From positions 7,564,001 through 7,628,000 of the forward strand of contig NC_047079.1 of NCBI RefSeq assembly GCF_902459465.1: 64,000 nucleotides of DNA, read 5' to 3'. This document shows positions 1 to 12,800 of this stretch, piece after piece. The notes beneath the pieces are model-generated. The model saw only the letters and a program-made list of their open reading frames with translations. It searched no databases and was not told where the DNA came from. Each line of letters opens with the position of its first letter. Within the stretch, counting starts at the first letter, position 1. The DNA comes from Asterias rubens. Its lineage: Eukaryota. The translations under genes and the position numbers were made by a program.

Positions 1-703
1 TACGATACGTATTCTGCCTGTTTGCAGAGAATGCCATTATCATTAGAGCTACCAGCATGCCCAGTGACAAGAGGCAGTTTTGAGTCCCTGTTGGTCTTAC
101 ATAAACAATAGTATTGTGGGAGTGTATGCAGGAGGGGGGGTTTACATAGGTTTATTAAAAGTACTGCTGGGGTCAGCTCATACTCAAATATTGGATTGAA
201 CTTTGAAGTTAAGTATTCATAATTTTTGAGACCTAGAAAACCACTTGATGAAATCACCTATCAAGCTTGTTTATTGTTATACTAGCAGTATAAAGATGAT
301 GTCATCATGTGTACACATTAAGTCTTTAAGTTCATGGTGGTATATTCACCCCAGTAATTGCCAGTAATTTGTAATCTTAAAGTGTTGATAAACATCTGAA
401 AAGTCTGGCGGTTGTTAATGTGGAGTTTGCTGTAGTCGCCACAATGCATGATTGACTAATTCAAAAGCATTTGTCACCCAATTCAGACATTCTCTGAGTC
501 AATCATCAACCCTTGGCTTGCGTTATTAATAATCTGGAATTCGTCCAACATAACGCTTGCCAGCACACCCTGATTCAGGCTCTGTAGATAATACACAAAG
601 GTTGCTTGTTGACACTAACAGACAACGCCGTGAATGCGTCAAGTGTTTAGCAAATGGACGCACTGTATTATTTACTGGACTTTGCCCCGTAGATGAGTCT
701 AGC

Positions 704-717
704 GTTGCCATGACGCT
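704..717 (+). promoter_or_regulatory. RFX X-box-like motif upstream of the Sfi1-repeat gene
   Basis: GTTGCCATGACGCT versus X-box consensus GTTGCCATGGCAAC: perfect first half, degenerate second half, in a locally CpG-richer patch. RFX sites are typical of cilium/basal-body genes. Confidence 0.3.
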
Positions 718-832
718 GCCCTGGTTTGGACTTAAGCAAACGGAGCATGGATTGAAAGTCAATTCACCTAACTCTGATCAATTCTTTCGTCTGTTTGTTT
801 TACTCTCTTGGTATTTTTTCTTTCTTGAATAG

Positions 833-3800
833 TGCATCGTGTGGAAGAGCTGGTCATAAAGAGCCCTTTACCACCATGGGATAGTCACGTCTACTCGCTG
901 CCATCATTCCACAATCAACTTGGCTGCCCCCTGAACCAGAAAAGATTTGATTCAGATTACGAAGGACATCCCTATTCAGTCTTTCGACAGGATTCTAACT
1001 GCCACCCAGATGACGGCCTTCAGTCAAGGTCAATGTCTTCCCATCAAAGCCAACAAGAAGACGAGCTGTACTCAAAAAGGACTAACAGTTATGACGACAA
1101 ACATTTTATTGGCCGGAGTTTGGATACATTGTCAGGGAGCCAAAGAGACCATCCTGTCGACAACAGGTGGTTGGGAAGTGGTTCTGGAAGTACCTTCTCT
1201 GATGATGGTAGAGCGAGCTTGTACAGTCATGTAACTAACCCTGACAATCACTCCTGGGAAGTCAACTCCTCGTCTCAGAGTGAACTTTTCTCACACAGAT
1301 CAGATTCACATCATCTTAGCAAACACAACCTTGTCTCTGATAAAAACCAACCAATGTCACATTATGCAAGGAACTCATCAGGGAAAAATCGGAACCACAA
1401 CTTGCCGTTTTCTACCTCATCGTTAAGGTCAACTGGTGTTTATCCAAGTCCATCAGATGACAGTTTTGTTTATCCTCATCAAAGTAGCAGTTCTAGTCTC
1501 TCTGACTCGGCTGATGTTGCCGATGTTGATCTTCGAGAATTAGATAAACTAGATGATGCAGACCTTTATAGACTGTCTGAGGCTGATGATTTTATTCATT
1601 TGAAACCTAGGGAGGGTCTGTACACAAGATGTACTCCAGTTAAAGAGAACAAGAGGTTTCAAAAGGAGAGCGGGTCAACGATGAGGTCAATGGATGATGA
1701 TGAACCTGACAAGGAAGATGGCAAAGAAAAGGATGAAAGTGAAGAGGTCAAGGATGTCCATGAGATAAGAGGTCTGTCCAAAAACTGGAACAACAACAAC
1801 CTTGATGATGCCAACAGGATTCCTTCTCGACGAAAAAACCAACAAACTCTTGCATCCAATTCCAAGGATGTTAGGCGGAGAAAGCTCCATCTTGGACATG
1901 GAGTAGATTCAGTAGTAGACTCTGAGGAGAAGCTCAATGATGTGACAAAGGCCCCAACATCATGGAGGACTAACGAGGATAAGAAAAGACCAAGTGCTAA
2001 GAAGGATTTATCAGACAACCGAAGTGTGGTAAAATCACCCGTTAAGTTTCATAACAGATCAACTTCCCCGCTTCAGCTGCCAATCAATCCAAGTGATATA
2101 TTCACAGATGAAAATCTTATTGATGCTGCTCTCTCAAACCAAATGCAGTCTAAAGTGTTTCTGACTCATCAGGAAGGAACAACAGATGCATTTTTACTAC
2201 AATATGGATTGCAGTCAAATTTACCATTACTTGGTCTCAGAAACTCAAGAGAAGGGCCATCAGCAAAAGCTCAGCTTTTTTACCCTCTTCCCAAAAGGGA
2301 CACCAAAGTTAGTGATCCCACCTCTGACACCAAATTATCTCCACTGCGACATTCCCACCCAGGAAGTCCAGGTACCACTCTGAAATATGAAGATCTTGCC
2401 CTGAGTATCTCCCCGAAGCACTTCAGGAAAAATGTGGAAAATGAAGTGGATTTGTCATCTGACCAGTCCAGAGTGAACAGCAGAAAGGTCCGTATTGGTT
2501 CAGCAACTACTACCCATGCAACACATAGATCAGCATCTACAGAATATGCTACAAGGGTTGCCAAAAGTGTCCCAAACAATGAGAGTCAGTTTTTGCCTGC
2601 GAGAGACCAGAGTAGAAATTCGATACAGGACAAAATTGCTGACAAGATGCTTCAAAAAAACAAAAATGTAAGCATGCTTGTTTTTCTTTGTACTTTGCCT
2701 TTGTTCTGGTAAATTAAAGTTTAATATCACAAAACATTGTCTGAATCATCTAGCAAGTCCATGTAGCATATATTGTTTTTCTCATAAAGCAGTGATGATA
2801 TGTTGAGTATCTTTTCTTTGCAGACACGCCACCCAACTAAGGTTCCGCAGATAGTAAAGTCTAAGAGGGTCCCTAAGCAAAGGAACGTCCCTATGGAAGC
2901 CGCATCTAAGAGGTAAGCTAACCTTTGACCTCGTTCCTGCATCATGTTGGCCGCAAACATTTTGTTTCATTTTGCCAAACAATTATTTCTGAGACACTCT
3001 TGATCGATAAACTTCATTTTGCTAGAAGCTCCAAAATCTGCAAAACCAATCTAATGTTATCCATACAATATGAACTATAGACCTAATTGTTTGTATTCAT
3101 ATTTTATTTCTCTCCACAAGCTCATAAAAATTACACACAAAAAAGTGATTTAAAAAGATATGGAGAAGGCAAGACTGAGGAAGAAAGTGTAAATTTTCCT
3201 ATAACCTAAAGGTTCAGTCTGTTGATAAAAACATTTATAAAACTGGTCCTGATGTTGTCTCTTTTGGTCCAGCCATAGCAGTACCCTGTCACTATCCAGC
3301 AGTCGTAGTCCAAGAAGAACGTTCTCTATCCTCTGGGCCTTCAAGATTCTGGACATTCTCCACAGTGCCCCACCAGAGACCCATGAACATCTTGTCACTC
3401 AGGTAAGACAGGGTTGAACTCAGACATATTGACATTATTAAAGCCTAACCCTAACCCTTAGCCCCACCAGAGACCCATGAACATCTTGTCACTCAGGTAA
3501 GACAGGCTTGAACTCAGACATATTGACATTATTAAAGCCTAACCCTAACCCTTAGCCCCACCAGAGACCCATGAACATCTTGTCACTCAGGTATTCTTGG
3601 GTTGAACCATGGATGGTTGAACTAAGATGACTACTCGTTTTAAATCCTCTGTATTATTTAAATCATTTGTATGAAATAATAATTTATAAGTGAACACTGT
3701 ATTTTCAGTTATACTGGTTCAGACGATGGCATCGTAATGTTCGATTGATGAAAGCGCACCAAGCAGAGACTGAAGAGCAATGGGACAGGTGGGATCATCG

Positions 3801-6800
3801 CAGATTAACTTAATCCTAACACTTACTTAATCCTCTAATTTTTAGAGGATTACTACCTTTATCCTACGATTTACAGAATTCTTCCCTCTAAAAATTCTAG
3901 AATGTACTTAATTCTGTGACTTAATTAATCAACCGATTCGTAGTATGAAAGGTTTTTGGTTCGATTCCCGGCTAAGATGGATATTTTTGGATATTTTTGG
4001 ATATTTTTGGATATTTTTCTGTTGGACTTAGAAAGCACTGAGCAGACATTGTGATCTGCCCATAAACTTCAAATTGATCTTGTTTTAGCTGACTGTTATT
4101 ATGGCATGTAACTAGCTTTTTACTTGTCTGGTCTCCTATTTATTGCTTAGAGTTCCTAGTATGAAATTCTTGTCAAATCTGGGGGTCTAGAATAAGAGGG
4201 ACTCAGACCCAGCAAGCCGTTTGTCAGGAATGTTTACATTCATCCAATCTCATCTCTGTAATTATGATGTCCCAAATTCCTCTTCTTTACAGAGCTGTAC
4301 ATCACCACCGAACCAATCTACTCTGGAGAAGCCTCAATGCCTGGCAGCAAGCCCCTCCATCTCACAAGAGGGCAGCAGACCAGCTCAGGCAGAAACATCT
4401 GCTGCGTAAAGGGCTACGAAGCCTCCGATGGTCTGCGATGAAGAGCAGACTGGAGATAGAGGGCGCTGCAAAGAAACACGTTGAGAAAACGCTGGCACAT
4501 CATTTTAGCATCGTGAGTATATTGGGTGCTTGTGTTAACTGTTGTTGGAATTGTGTAGGGTTTGAGAAAATGGATAAGTTTGCTCCAAAGATTTGAGAAC
4601 CAAACAATCCTCTAAAATAATTTTCAAAGTTTTTGTTTCAACTTTCTACAAATTTTTGTGAAAAATTACCTTTGTGATGTTTTTAGTGACGACCAACTGA
4701 GATTCTGTTTTCGCATCAACACCATTTTTTGTTTAACCACAGTGGAAGGAGCTCCATCAGGTACGAACTGAGCATGCTCAGCTCCTGGAGAAACTAACGA
4801 GACACCATTCAGTTTCTAAGACGTTCCGGACGTGGAAAGATCGCTACAGTATGGTCCAGAAAAGGGGAATAGCCAAGCTACACTTCAAGTAAGGAAGGGT
4901 TGCAGAGATTGTCATTTTCAAGCAAAGATTATCCATGGCTACAAAAGTTTGCAAAAGAAGTTTGCAACAAAAGTTGCCCATAAATTGCAATAAAACCATT
5001 GAAAAAATTTATGACAAAACAAAAACTTGTCTTAAGTAGGATTAGAAACTTTGCACAACTCTGGTTTCAACTCATCAGAAGACAATCAGAGCATACTGAT
5101 CGAAACATTGAGTTAAAACCAACGGTTCTTTTCAGAACCACCCCAACTCATTTAGAGATTATCATTACATGGTGTTATCGCAAACCTTTACTATACAACT
5201 TGTGTTGTTCCTAATATTTCTTCTCTCATCTTGCTCTATGTTTCAGAGTAAGCCTTCTGAATCAAGGCTTCCATTACTGGAAGATGTTCACCACTAACTC
5301 CAAGGTCAAAGGTTATCGCATTGAGATGAGCCGAGTACATCGTGAGGAGAGGGTCCTGAAGACGGCCTGGTGTACGATCAAAATGGTCTATGCACGGACC
5401 CAGCAAGCTAAAGAACACTACAGGTAAGTAGCTTTTACTATTGATAGGATTTAAAGCTTTAATAAAAATAGTGGCTTCTTCTATTGTGCCCATATCTGTC
5501 ATAAACTGCGTTGTACGCTTTGAAATAACCATAACTGTATTTTAAAGATGTTCCAATCGATGTTTTCTTAATTCAGCCAAAAACTGCTGTCTATTGTCGT
5601 GCATACCTGGTTGCGAGGTGCGAGCCTCGCCAAAGCCGAACGACACCAGCATCATAGCCAAGCCCTAGAGTTGAGACGTTATGGGCTCATGAGGGCTCAC
5701 TTCAAGCGCTGGATGGAAGAACTGACTGTGGTACGCGTGAAGCAGAGGCTGGACATCGTACGATTACGGTAAGGGTCAAGATTAATTTGTTTTGTTTCCA
5801 GTGAAAATATGACAAGTAGTAGTAGTTGAGCGAGAGGTTGTCTTCAGCCAACAACATCTCGGGAACTGATGGTCACCACCAATCAAAAGGTGGAATTCTT
5901 GTAAGGGGTGTTACAAAAGAAATCAGCGTACTGGAAATCGCAGTTTTCATTGTGTTTGATAGATCCTCACTCAACGATTATTTCTCTAGATACGTCTGGG
6001 AGTTATGGACGCTCCGTATGCAGAGGAAACAACTTTATCGTCAGATTATGGACTCCCAGGCCCGTAAGGTTGCTAAGCAACACCATTTCAACAGATGGAG
6101 GTTGGTTGCTAGGAGACAGAAGGATGCAGCGACTAAGGCTGGTCTTATCTTGAGGCACTTGTATCTCAAGATGGTCTTCAGGGCATGGAGGAATCATATC
6201 ATCAGAGAACGCGATCTACGGTAAGCAGGTTGTTGGTCTGGCTCGCTGATGCAGAATTGTCTGACGTTGGAGTATTTTGAGCAAAAGTGATGTCATTCGT
6301 GCAGAGTGCTGTTTGTGAATCTACTTGCACGCAGTGCAGGCTCTTTATGATCGGTGTCACATGATCACATTTTTTTGCAAAGACTACCAGTTTTTTGTGA
6401 CTTTCCGAAAACCCATTCATGAAACCTGTGGAAAGCACTCTGACATAGTTAGAGACTGTTTTTAACCCCCCCCCCCCCCAAAAAAAAAAAGTCATTAAAA
6501 ATTTTTTTTTTTATAATTCTTAACTAAAGATCAAATTCATAAGAAAATAAAGATAAAACCATATGGAACACCCCAGATCGCAGAGTATGGCTTTCAAAAC
6601 CAAAGATTAATTTATATTAGCAGGCTTTCTGCTGCTTTCGCGCTCTAAGCTTTCACGCTTTGCGCTCGCAAGCTTTCGCGCTTTGGGCTCATAGTTAAGT
6701 TGTTTACATCTCTGTATAATTGTGAAGCAAGTTTTATGAATGAATTCTCCATTTCAGGGACAGTATGACGGCTCTGATTCACAGCAGCCATGTTGTGTCG

Positions 6801-9800
6801 AAGCAGAAAGCTCTTCATACCTGGACATCAAGACTACGAGAGCGTCAGGCTAGGGAGGAAGCCCACAAGGTGTGGTCCATGGGGTGTGTCAAGAAAGCTG
6901 TCAGATGCTGGATGGAAAGGGTGCGGTTTCAACGAATGGAGAGGAAGTTAGCACAGTTTCAGCCGGTCCATCAAATGCATATTCAACGAGGTGAGAACAT
7001 TTTTTGATACAGATTAGTATTAAGAGATTTTTTGAAAATTGGCAAAGAGTTACAATTTTGAATGGATAGTGGGAGGTTGTTCCAGATTTGGGTAGCAACA
7101 AAGGAGAAAGTCCCGTTTGTGCTTCTAAGACCCGCCCATTTCCTTTTATCTGATTTTTGAATAAGTCAATTAACTTGATTGCATAGACGCTGCCCAAACT
7201 ATTAATCTGTTTTTTTGTGCAGATGCATGGAAGAAGTGGTCTCATGAGTTTCGCCTTGCTGTGCGTAACCGCAAGAGGGCGCTGTCAGCTCAACAAACCC
7301 TTCTCAGGAATCGGTTGCTGAGGCTTGTGTTGTCATGGCGACTCCTCGTGAGGGAATCTAAAACTATCGCTCCGTTATTAGAGAGGAAGACTTTCAAACA
7401 ACTTGCTGGGTAGGATTTCAAAATTTCAAATCAGGAATGTTTGTTGTGCCAAGTAACTACCCTCTTTAAAGCTATTGAAGCGAAAACTTTTTTTGTGTTA
7501 AAGGCAACTGTTTGCTTGTTTTAATGCCTTATCAATGTTGATTTATACAATGAAACTAACCTGTAAAAAATTTATTTAAAAAGTTGGTAGCGTTTTTTTG
7601 AGATATCCGTGAAAAAGTATGGAGCGTTTATATCCACGTAGGAAGAGTAAACTGTAATTGGAATACAAGTACGAAATAGAGAACTTGTTGATGAGAAATG
7701 ATTTATTTGTTTTTATTTAGTTTTTTGTTTTGTTTTGCAAATTCAGTTTCTTTGATGCCTGGAGAGGTGTTGTTATCCGACGGAAAAGATGTGAGAAATT
7801 CAAGAAGTTACGTTTGGAGAACACTGTGGATGATGCATTTATCAACTGGAGGTAAGAAAGGAATTGCTTACCTAAACAAAGTGACAGAGGGAATGAGAAT
7901 CCCTCATACAATAATTGATTAATGTCCAAAGAAGACGGGAAAAAAATTTGTTACTTTTTTCTCCAAAAATACAGCACCTCAGTAAGTTATATTTTAAGGG
8001 AAGTTTTCTACTATCATAATGTTCAATCTGTGGACATTGCATTTTATGTTCTACAAAAAGTATTCAGACCCTTTAAAACATGACAATAAACTGTCTAGTG
8101 TGACTGAGAATTGAGATATTCCTTTAAACTTGAGTCTTTGATTCTTCCAGAGAGCAGACCGAAGCGAAGAAGAAAGTCCGCTTCGTTAGGAAAGCTCTTC
8201 TTATTTCCAAGCTAGAGAGAACATTCTCTGGCTGGAGGGATGTCGTTCAACGCACAGCCAACTTAAAGGGTTTCCAGCAGGGCCAGCGAGATGCCTTGGT
8301 GAGAGGGTTGTTTGAATCCTGGAGGGGGACTAGTGAGGGACGAGCTTTGGACCGGGAAATGGAGCATGGTGATAGGGTAGGTTTACAAAGAGTTAATACA
8401 TGGCAAGTGTAGGGATGAGAAATGTTAGACTTTTATTGGAATTCAGATTTTTTGAAGTCTGCATTGTAAATGAAAAATTTTGTATATTTTCTCTTAATTG
8501 ATTATGGCAGGCTCTCTATTCTATTTTTGTAGCACTGAGGTTAATTCTAGAAGCTATCAAAATGTTGGCCATCAACTGGTTGTTTCTGTTTGTATTTTGT
8601 TAAAATTGTTAATAATATAATTTTGTTTTCTAGGCTAGAGAAACTCTTCTGATGATGCACTACTTCAGAGTTTGGGCCGAGAATTCCCATCAACAGAGGG
8701 AAACTGAAAGAAGTCTGGTATCGAGGTGCAGAGATGCACGCTCAACTAGAGCAGTAAAGCAAGCTTATGAGAGCTGGAGGAGGCAGTTGCTAGTCCACAA
8801 TATTCTCAGGTAGGGATTACTATGGTGGACCCCTTCTTTTTTTGGTATGAGTACTGGGTTCTGTTACATGCATCACACAACACACAGGGCCTCCTGCTTT
8901 ATATCCCATCCGAAGGACGCAGCAATAATGGTTACATATTCTGCTCAAAGACACAATTGTCGTGACCTGGACTCTAACACACACTTTGCTGATCAGAAAC
9001 ACCAGGAGTGGATTTCACAATGAGTTAAGACTAGTCTTATCTCGGTTTAAGACCCTAACTCGTCCTAACTTAGGACTAGCAATACGTTATTAATATCTCC
9101 TAGGACTAGTCCTAAGTAAGGACTAGTCCTATCTCTTTGTGAAATCGACCCCAGAGCTTTTAATGAATGCAAACGTGTTATATACAAATGGTGGATCTAT
9201 AATTCGGCCATATCAATACACAATCAGCTACGGTTAAACACCCACAGTCCAAACCTTCAAAACTTGATTGTTTTTCTTTCTTCATCAGGGATTTTCTTGA
9301 TGAGCGGCAGGTTCATCTCCTTCATCGTGTCTTCCAGGCTTGGCATACAGATACTAGATCATCCTACCTTCAACTCACACAGAGATTCAACCAAGCTTAC
9401 GAGGTCATGGGTGTAGGATTCCCGAACGACGTCGGCAGTCCCAAGTTGTCTCCTTCAGCTGTCAATCTGAACCTCTCTCAGAGTATCTCTCAGAGTAGTA
9501 GTAGTGGAGGATCTCAGGGTCTACCGGCAGTCTTCTCAACGTCTGACAGCGGCTTCTATGGAAACGAGCTTCTCATGAGACAAGGGGGTCAGAGCAGTGA
9601 ACCGGAGTTTCCGCAGTTGCCGGCTAGAGGTCTCCGAGATCGGAGTAGCATCCACTCTGACAAATATCTTGGATCAAGCATCCAGGAAGCGCCGCTTCAT
9701 GCCGACAGGTTCAGTGAGCTTCAAGATGTTTCTGCTGGAAGGCATGGCCTTACAGAGTCTTCTGATGAAGATGTTTATCCAGATGAACTACCAGTACAGT

Positions 9801-12800
9801 TGAGAAGTTCCAGATTGAAGGGGCTGTCTCAGCAAAATAAGAAACTACAACTCCCCCAGGCCTCAAGTAGACTAGAGGCTTCACCACAGAGTAACATTGG
9901 ATCTCTTTCTCCAGTGACCAACAAGCGGATGTCCTTTCCGAAGCGGCGTGCAAGTTTAGACCAAACAATGCTCATGAAGACGCATGCTGAACAAACACCT
10001 ACAATATTTTCCTCGGTGAAGCGGCCTCTTGGTATGTTGGGTCCGACCCGTAGATCCAGCGTTGATCAAGGTCTTCTGTCGTCTCAGACGGTTCTCAACC
10101 ACCTCAGGAACATCCATAGGAAGTCCCAGACTGAGAATCCAATATTGACATCCATGGATGAAAGCCAGGAATACCAATTAACAGAGAAGCAGAAATCCTC
10201 GTCAAGACGTCACAGTCAGTTTGACTCCCCTCCTCCACTGAGCCCTGACGCTTCAGGGTATCAAACCCCTACTCGTTCTCGTCGGATACCGATCCCATTC
10301 AACATGATGCAACCTAAAGCCTTCATCCATCCCATCGCCCAAACAGCTTCCCAATCTACCTCATCGCCACTCTCACTCACACCAAGAACCATGTCACCAA
10401 GACCCTCCTTCAGCCCCTTATCCAAGTCCCAATCCCCTCCAAGTTCCCATTTCCAGGCTCTCTCAGAGAGACTCTCCCCAATGGAGGATCACCCAGAGAG
10501 CCGACGCTCTTCTATCTCTGATTGTAGCAGCTTACCGGAGAGCATTCAGGACAGTGAATTGTTAGAGAATGACTTGTGTCAGTCGGCGACAGCGTCTGAT
10601 TATGCTCCGAGTGTCGTCTCAGAAGGTGCTGCTCTTTTTGCTCCTCTCATTGATCAGAGGGTGAGTGGTTTAACAAATTCTTACAATACGAAAATAAAAC
10701 TCTCTCTTTTTTTGCCAGGGAACTGGGGACAAATTTTAAATGAATACTCTATATTTTTTGCCAAATCACACATTTTCTGTTGCGAACTTTTCTTTTGTCG
10801 GGACAGATAAATAATTTGTTATAAAAAATATGTCTTGCTAGTTGTTATCTTGCCTACTTCAGTGTAACTATTTTTATTTTATTTTATACCTTGGGTCCTT
10901 TTGGTAGGTACATGTAAGCAGTTTGCAACAGCTAATACTATTTTGCTAGTTTATACGTTTCTACTTTCTGAACCATTAACTTTACTTTATTCTCGGAGCA
11001 GACCTACTTGAGATCCATCATCCTCCACTGGCGGCTGTGGCCAGCAAGTATAGCCTTCAACCAATGGCTGGACTACACTCGCTACCGTCACAATCTACGA
11101 GAGCTCGCCGATCAGGCTAACGATATGTTCCATCAGACGAGACTCCGTCAAGTCTTGTTTACTTGGCAGAGAAGATGTTACGTTGAGAAGGCAGCTACGA
11201 ACCATTGGGTAAGAACAAAGTCAGGGATTGGTGTCCGAAACGGTGACTTCAGCTGCAGCTACGGCTAGATGGCTTATGTCTGCCTATTCTTCAACACTGG
11301 CAGACCCGCTGATCTAGCCGTAACTGTAGCCGAAGTCGCCAGTTCGGACATGACTGTCGTCTCCAGAGATGTTTTTTTTTCACATAAAATGGCTTCTAAT
11401 CGCAAGCTGTAACAACTCCCCGATATACTGCTCTGGTAGTCTCGCACACAAACAACAATTGTTGTTGTCAGTGACCAGTATGCACACTTTATATGATCTA
11501 ACATTTACATGAAGTAACAAAGCTTTATGGTTGTTACACGCAATAATAACACGGGGCACTGTGTAGGTTAAGACATCTAAAATTTCTTTGAAATTTTTTT
11601 TATAATAAAAACTTTTTAATCAGGAGTCAAAGACCAAGGTAGAGCATCTTCAAGCTTGGGTGCAGTATCATCGAAAGAGCAAACAGTCTGAGAAGAACAA
11701 AGCCAAGGCCAAGGAGGTGTCTAATACCAAGAGACTAAGCCAAGCCTATAACATCTGGAAGACGAAGGTACATGTATACCTCAGTCACTTGTTTCTCTTT
11801 AGTCTTCAAATCGCTCCAAACTGCCTTTCCTGTTGCTCCTGTTGTTTTAGTTTATACAAGCGATTAAAACGCACCATTAACGATTCCCCTGTTAGAAAAA
11901 TTGGTGCACAGCTTTTTATGTAAGAAATATTTACTTCATACACAAGCAATCCATAAATAAACAATGTTAGCCATTATTTGTATTGTTTAAAAGTTGATAT
12001 GATTTTTATAACATTTTGGTATGGTAATTTTATTTTTCAACACTTTTTTTTAAGAGTTGATTTTATAGAAAAATAAAGTCTTCGTTCAAGTTGTTTTCTC
12101 GTGTCCGACTTGTGTTAGATTTACACAGTCTACCCCCTTTATGGCATCTTGCATGCTAGACTTGCATAGTCTACCTACCCCTATTATAACATCTTGACCC
12201 TTTGATCATACAGTACAAGAAACACAAGGCAGTTCTTTGCATCGTCCACAACTGGAAAGGCCACGTCAAGCAGACAGTGAACCTAGAAGGTCGTACTAAA
12301 GACTTGCGTCAACAGATTGGGAAACGGAGTCTGCGTATTTGCTTCTCAATGTGGCAGAAGCGCACCTGGCAGATCTTAGAAGTCACGGCACACCGTAATC
12401 GAGTGGTTGCTAAAAGGTTAGACTGGAACCCTTACAACGTAGCACATTGTAAACCCTAACATTGTAGCACCTAGTAAACCCTTAGAAGTCACGGCTCACC
12501 GTAATCGAGTGGTTGCTAAAAGGTTAGACTGGAACCCTTACAACGTAGCACATTGTAAACCCTAACATTGTAGCACCTTTTAAACCCTTAGAAGTCACGG
12601 CTCACCGTAATCGAGTGGTTGCTAAAAGGTTAGACTGGAACCCTTACAACGTAGCACATTGTAAACCCTAACATTGTAGCACCTAGTAAACCCTTAGAAG
12701 TCACGGCACACCGTAATCGAGTGGTTGCTAAAAGGTAAGACTGGAACCCTTACAACGTAGCACATTGTAAACCCTAACATTGTAGCACCTAGTAAACTCT

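Noticed and set aside
1-110. Possible minus-strand exon at the window edge
   Set aside because: Two frames are open and the splice signal is ambiguous; too short to call.
873-885. Perfect Kozak CCACCATGG near the start of the first Sfi1-like exon
   Set aside because: Reads ATG GGA TAG out of frame; the true 5' end of the gene is unknown, so a uORF role cannot be supported.
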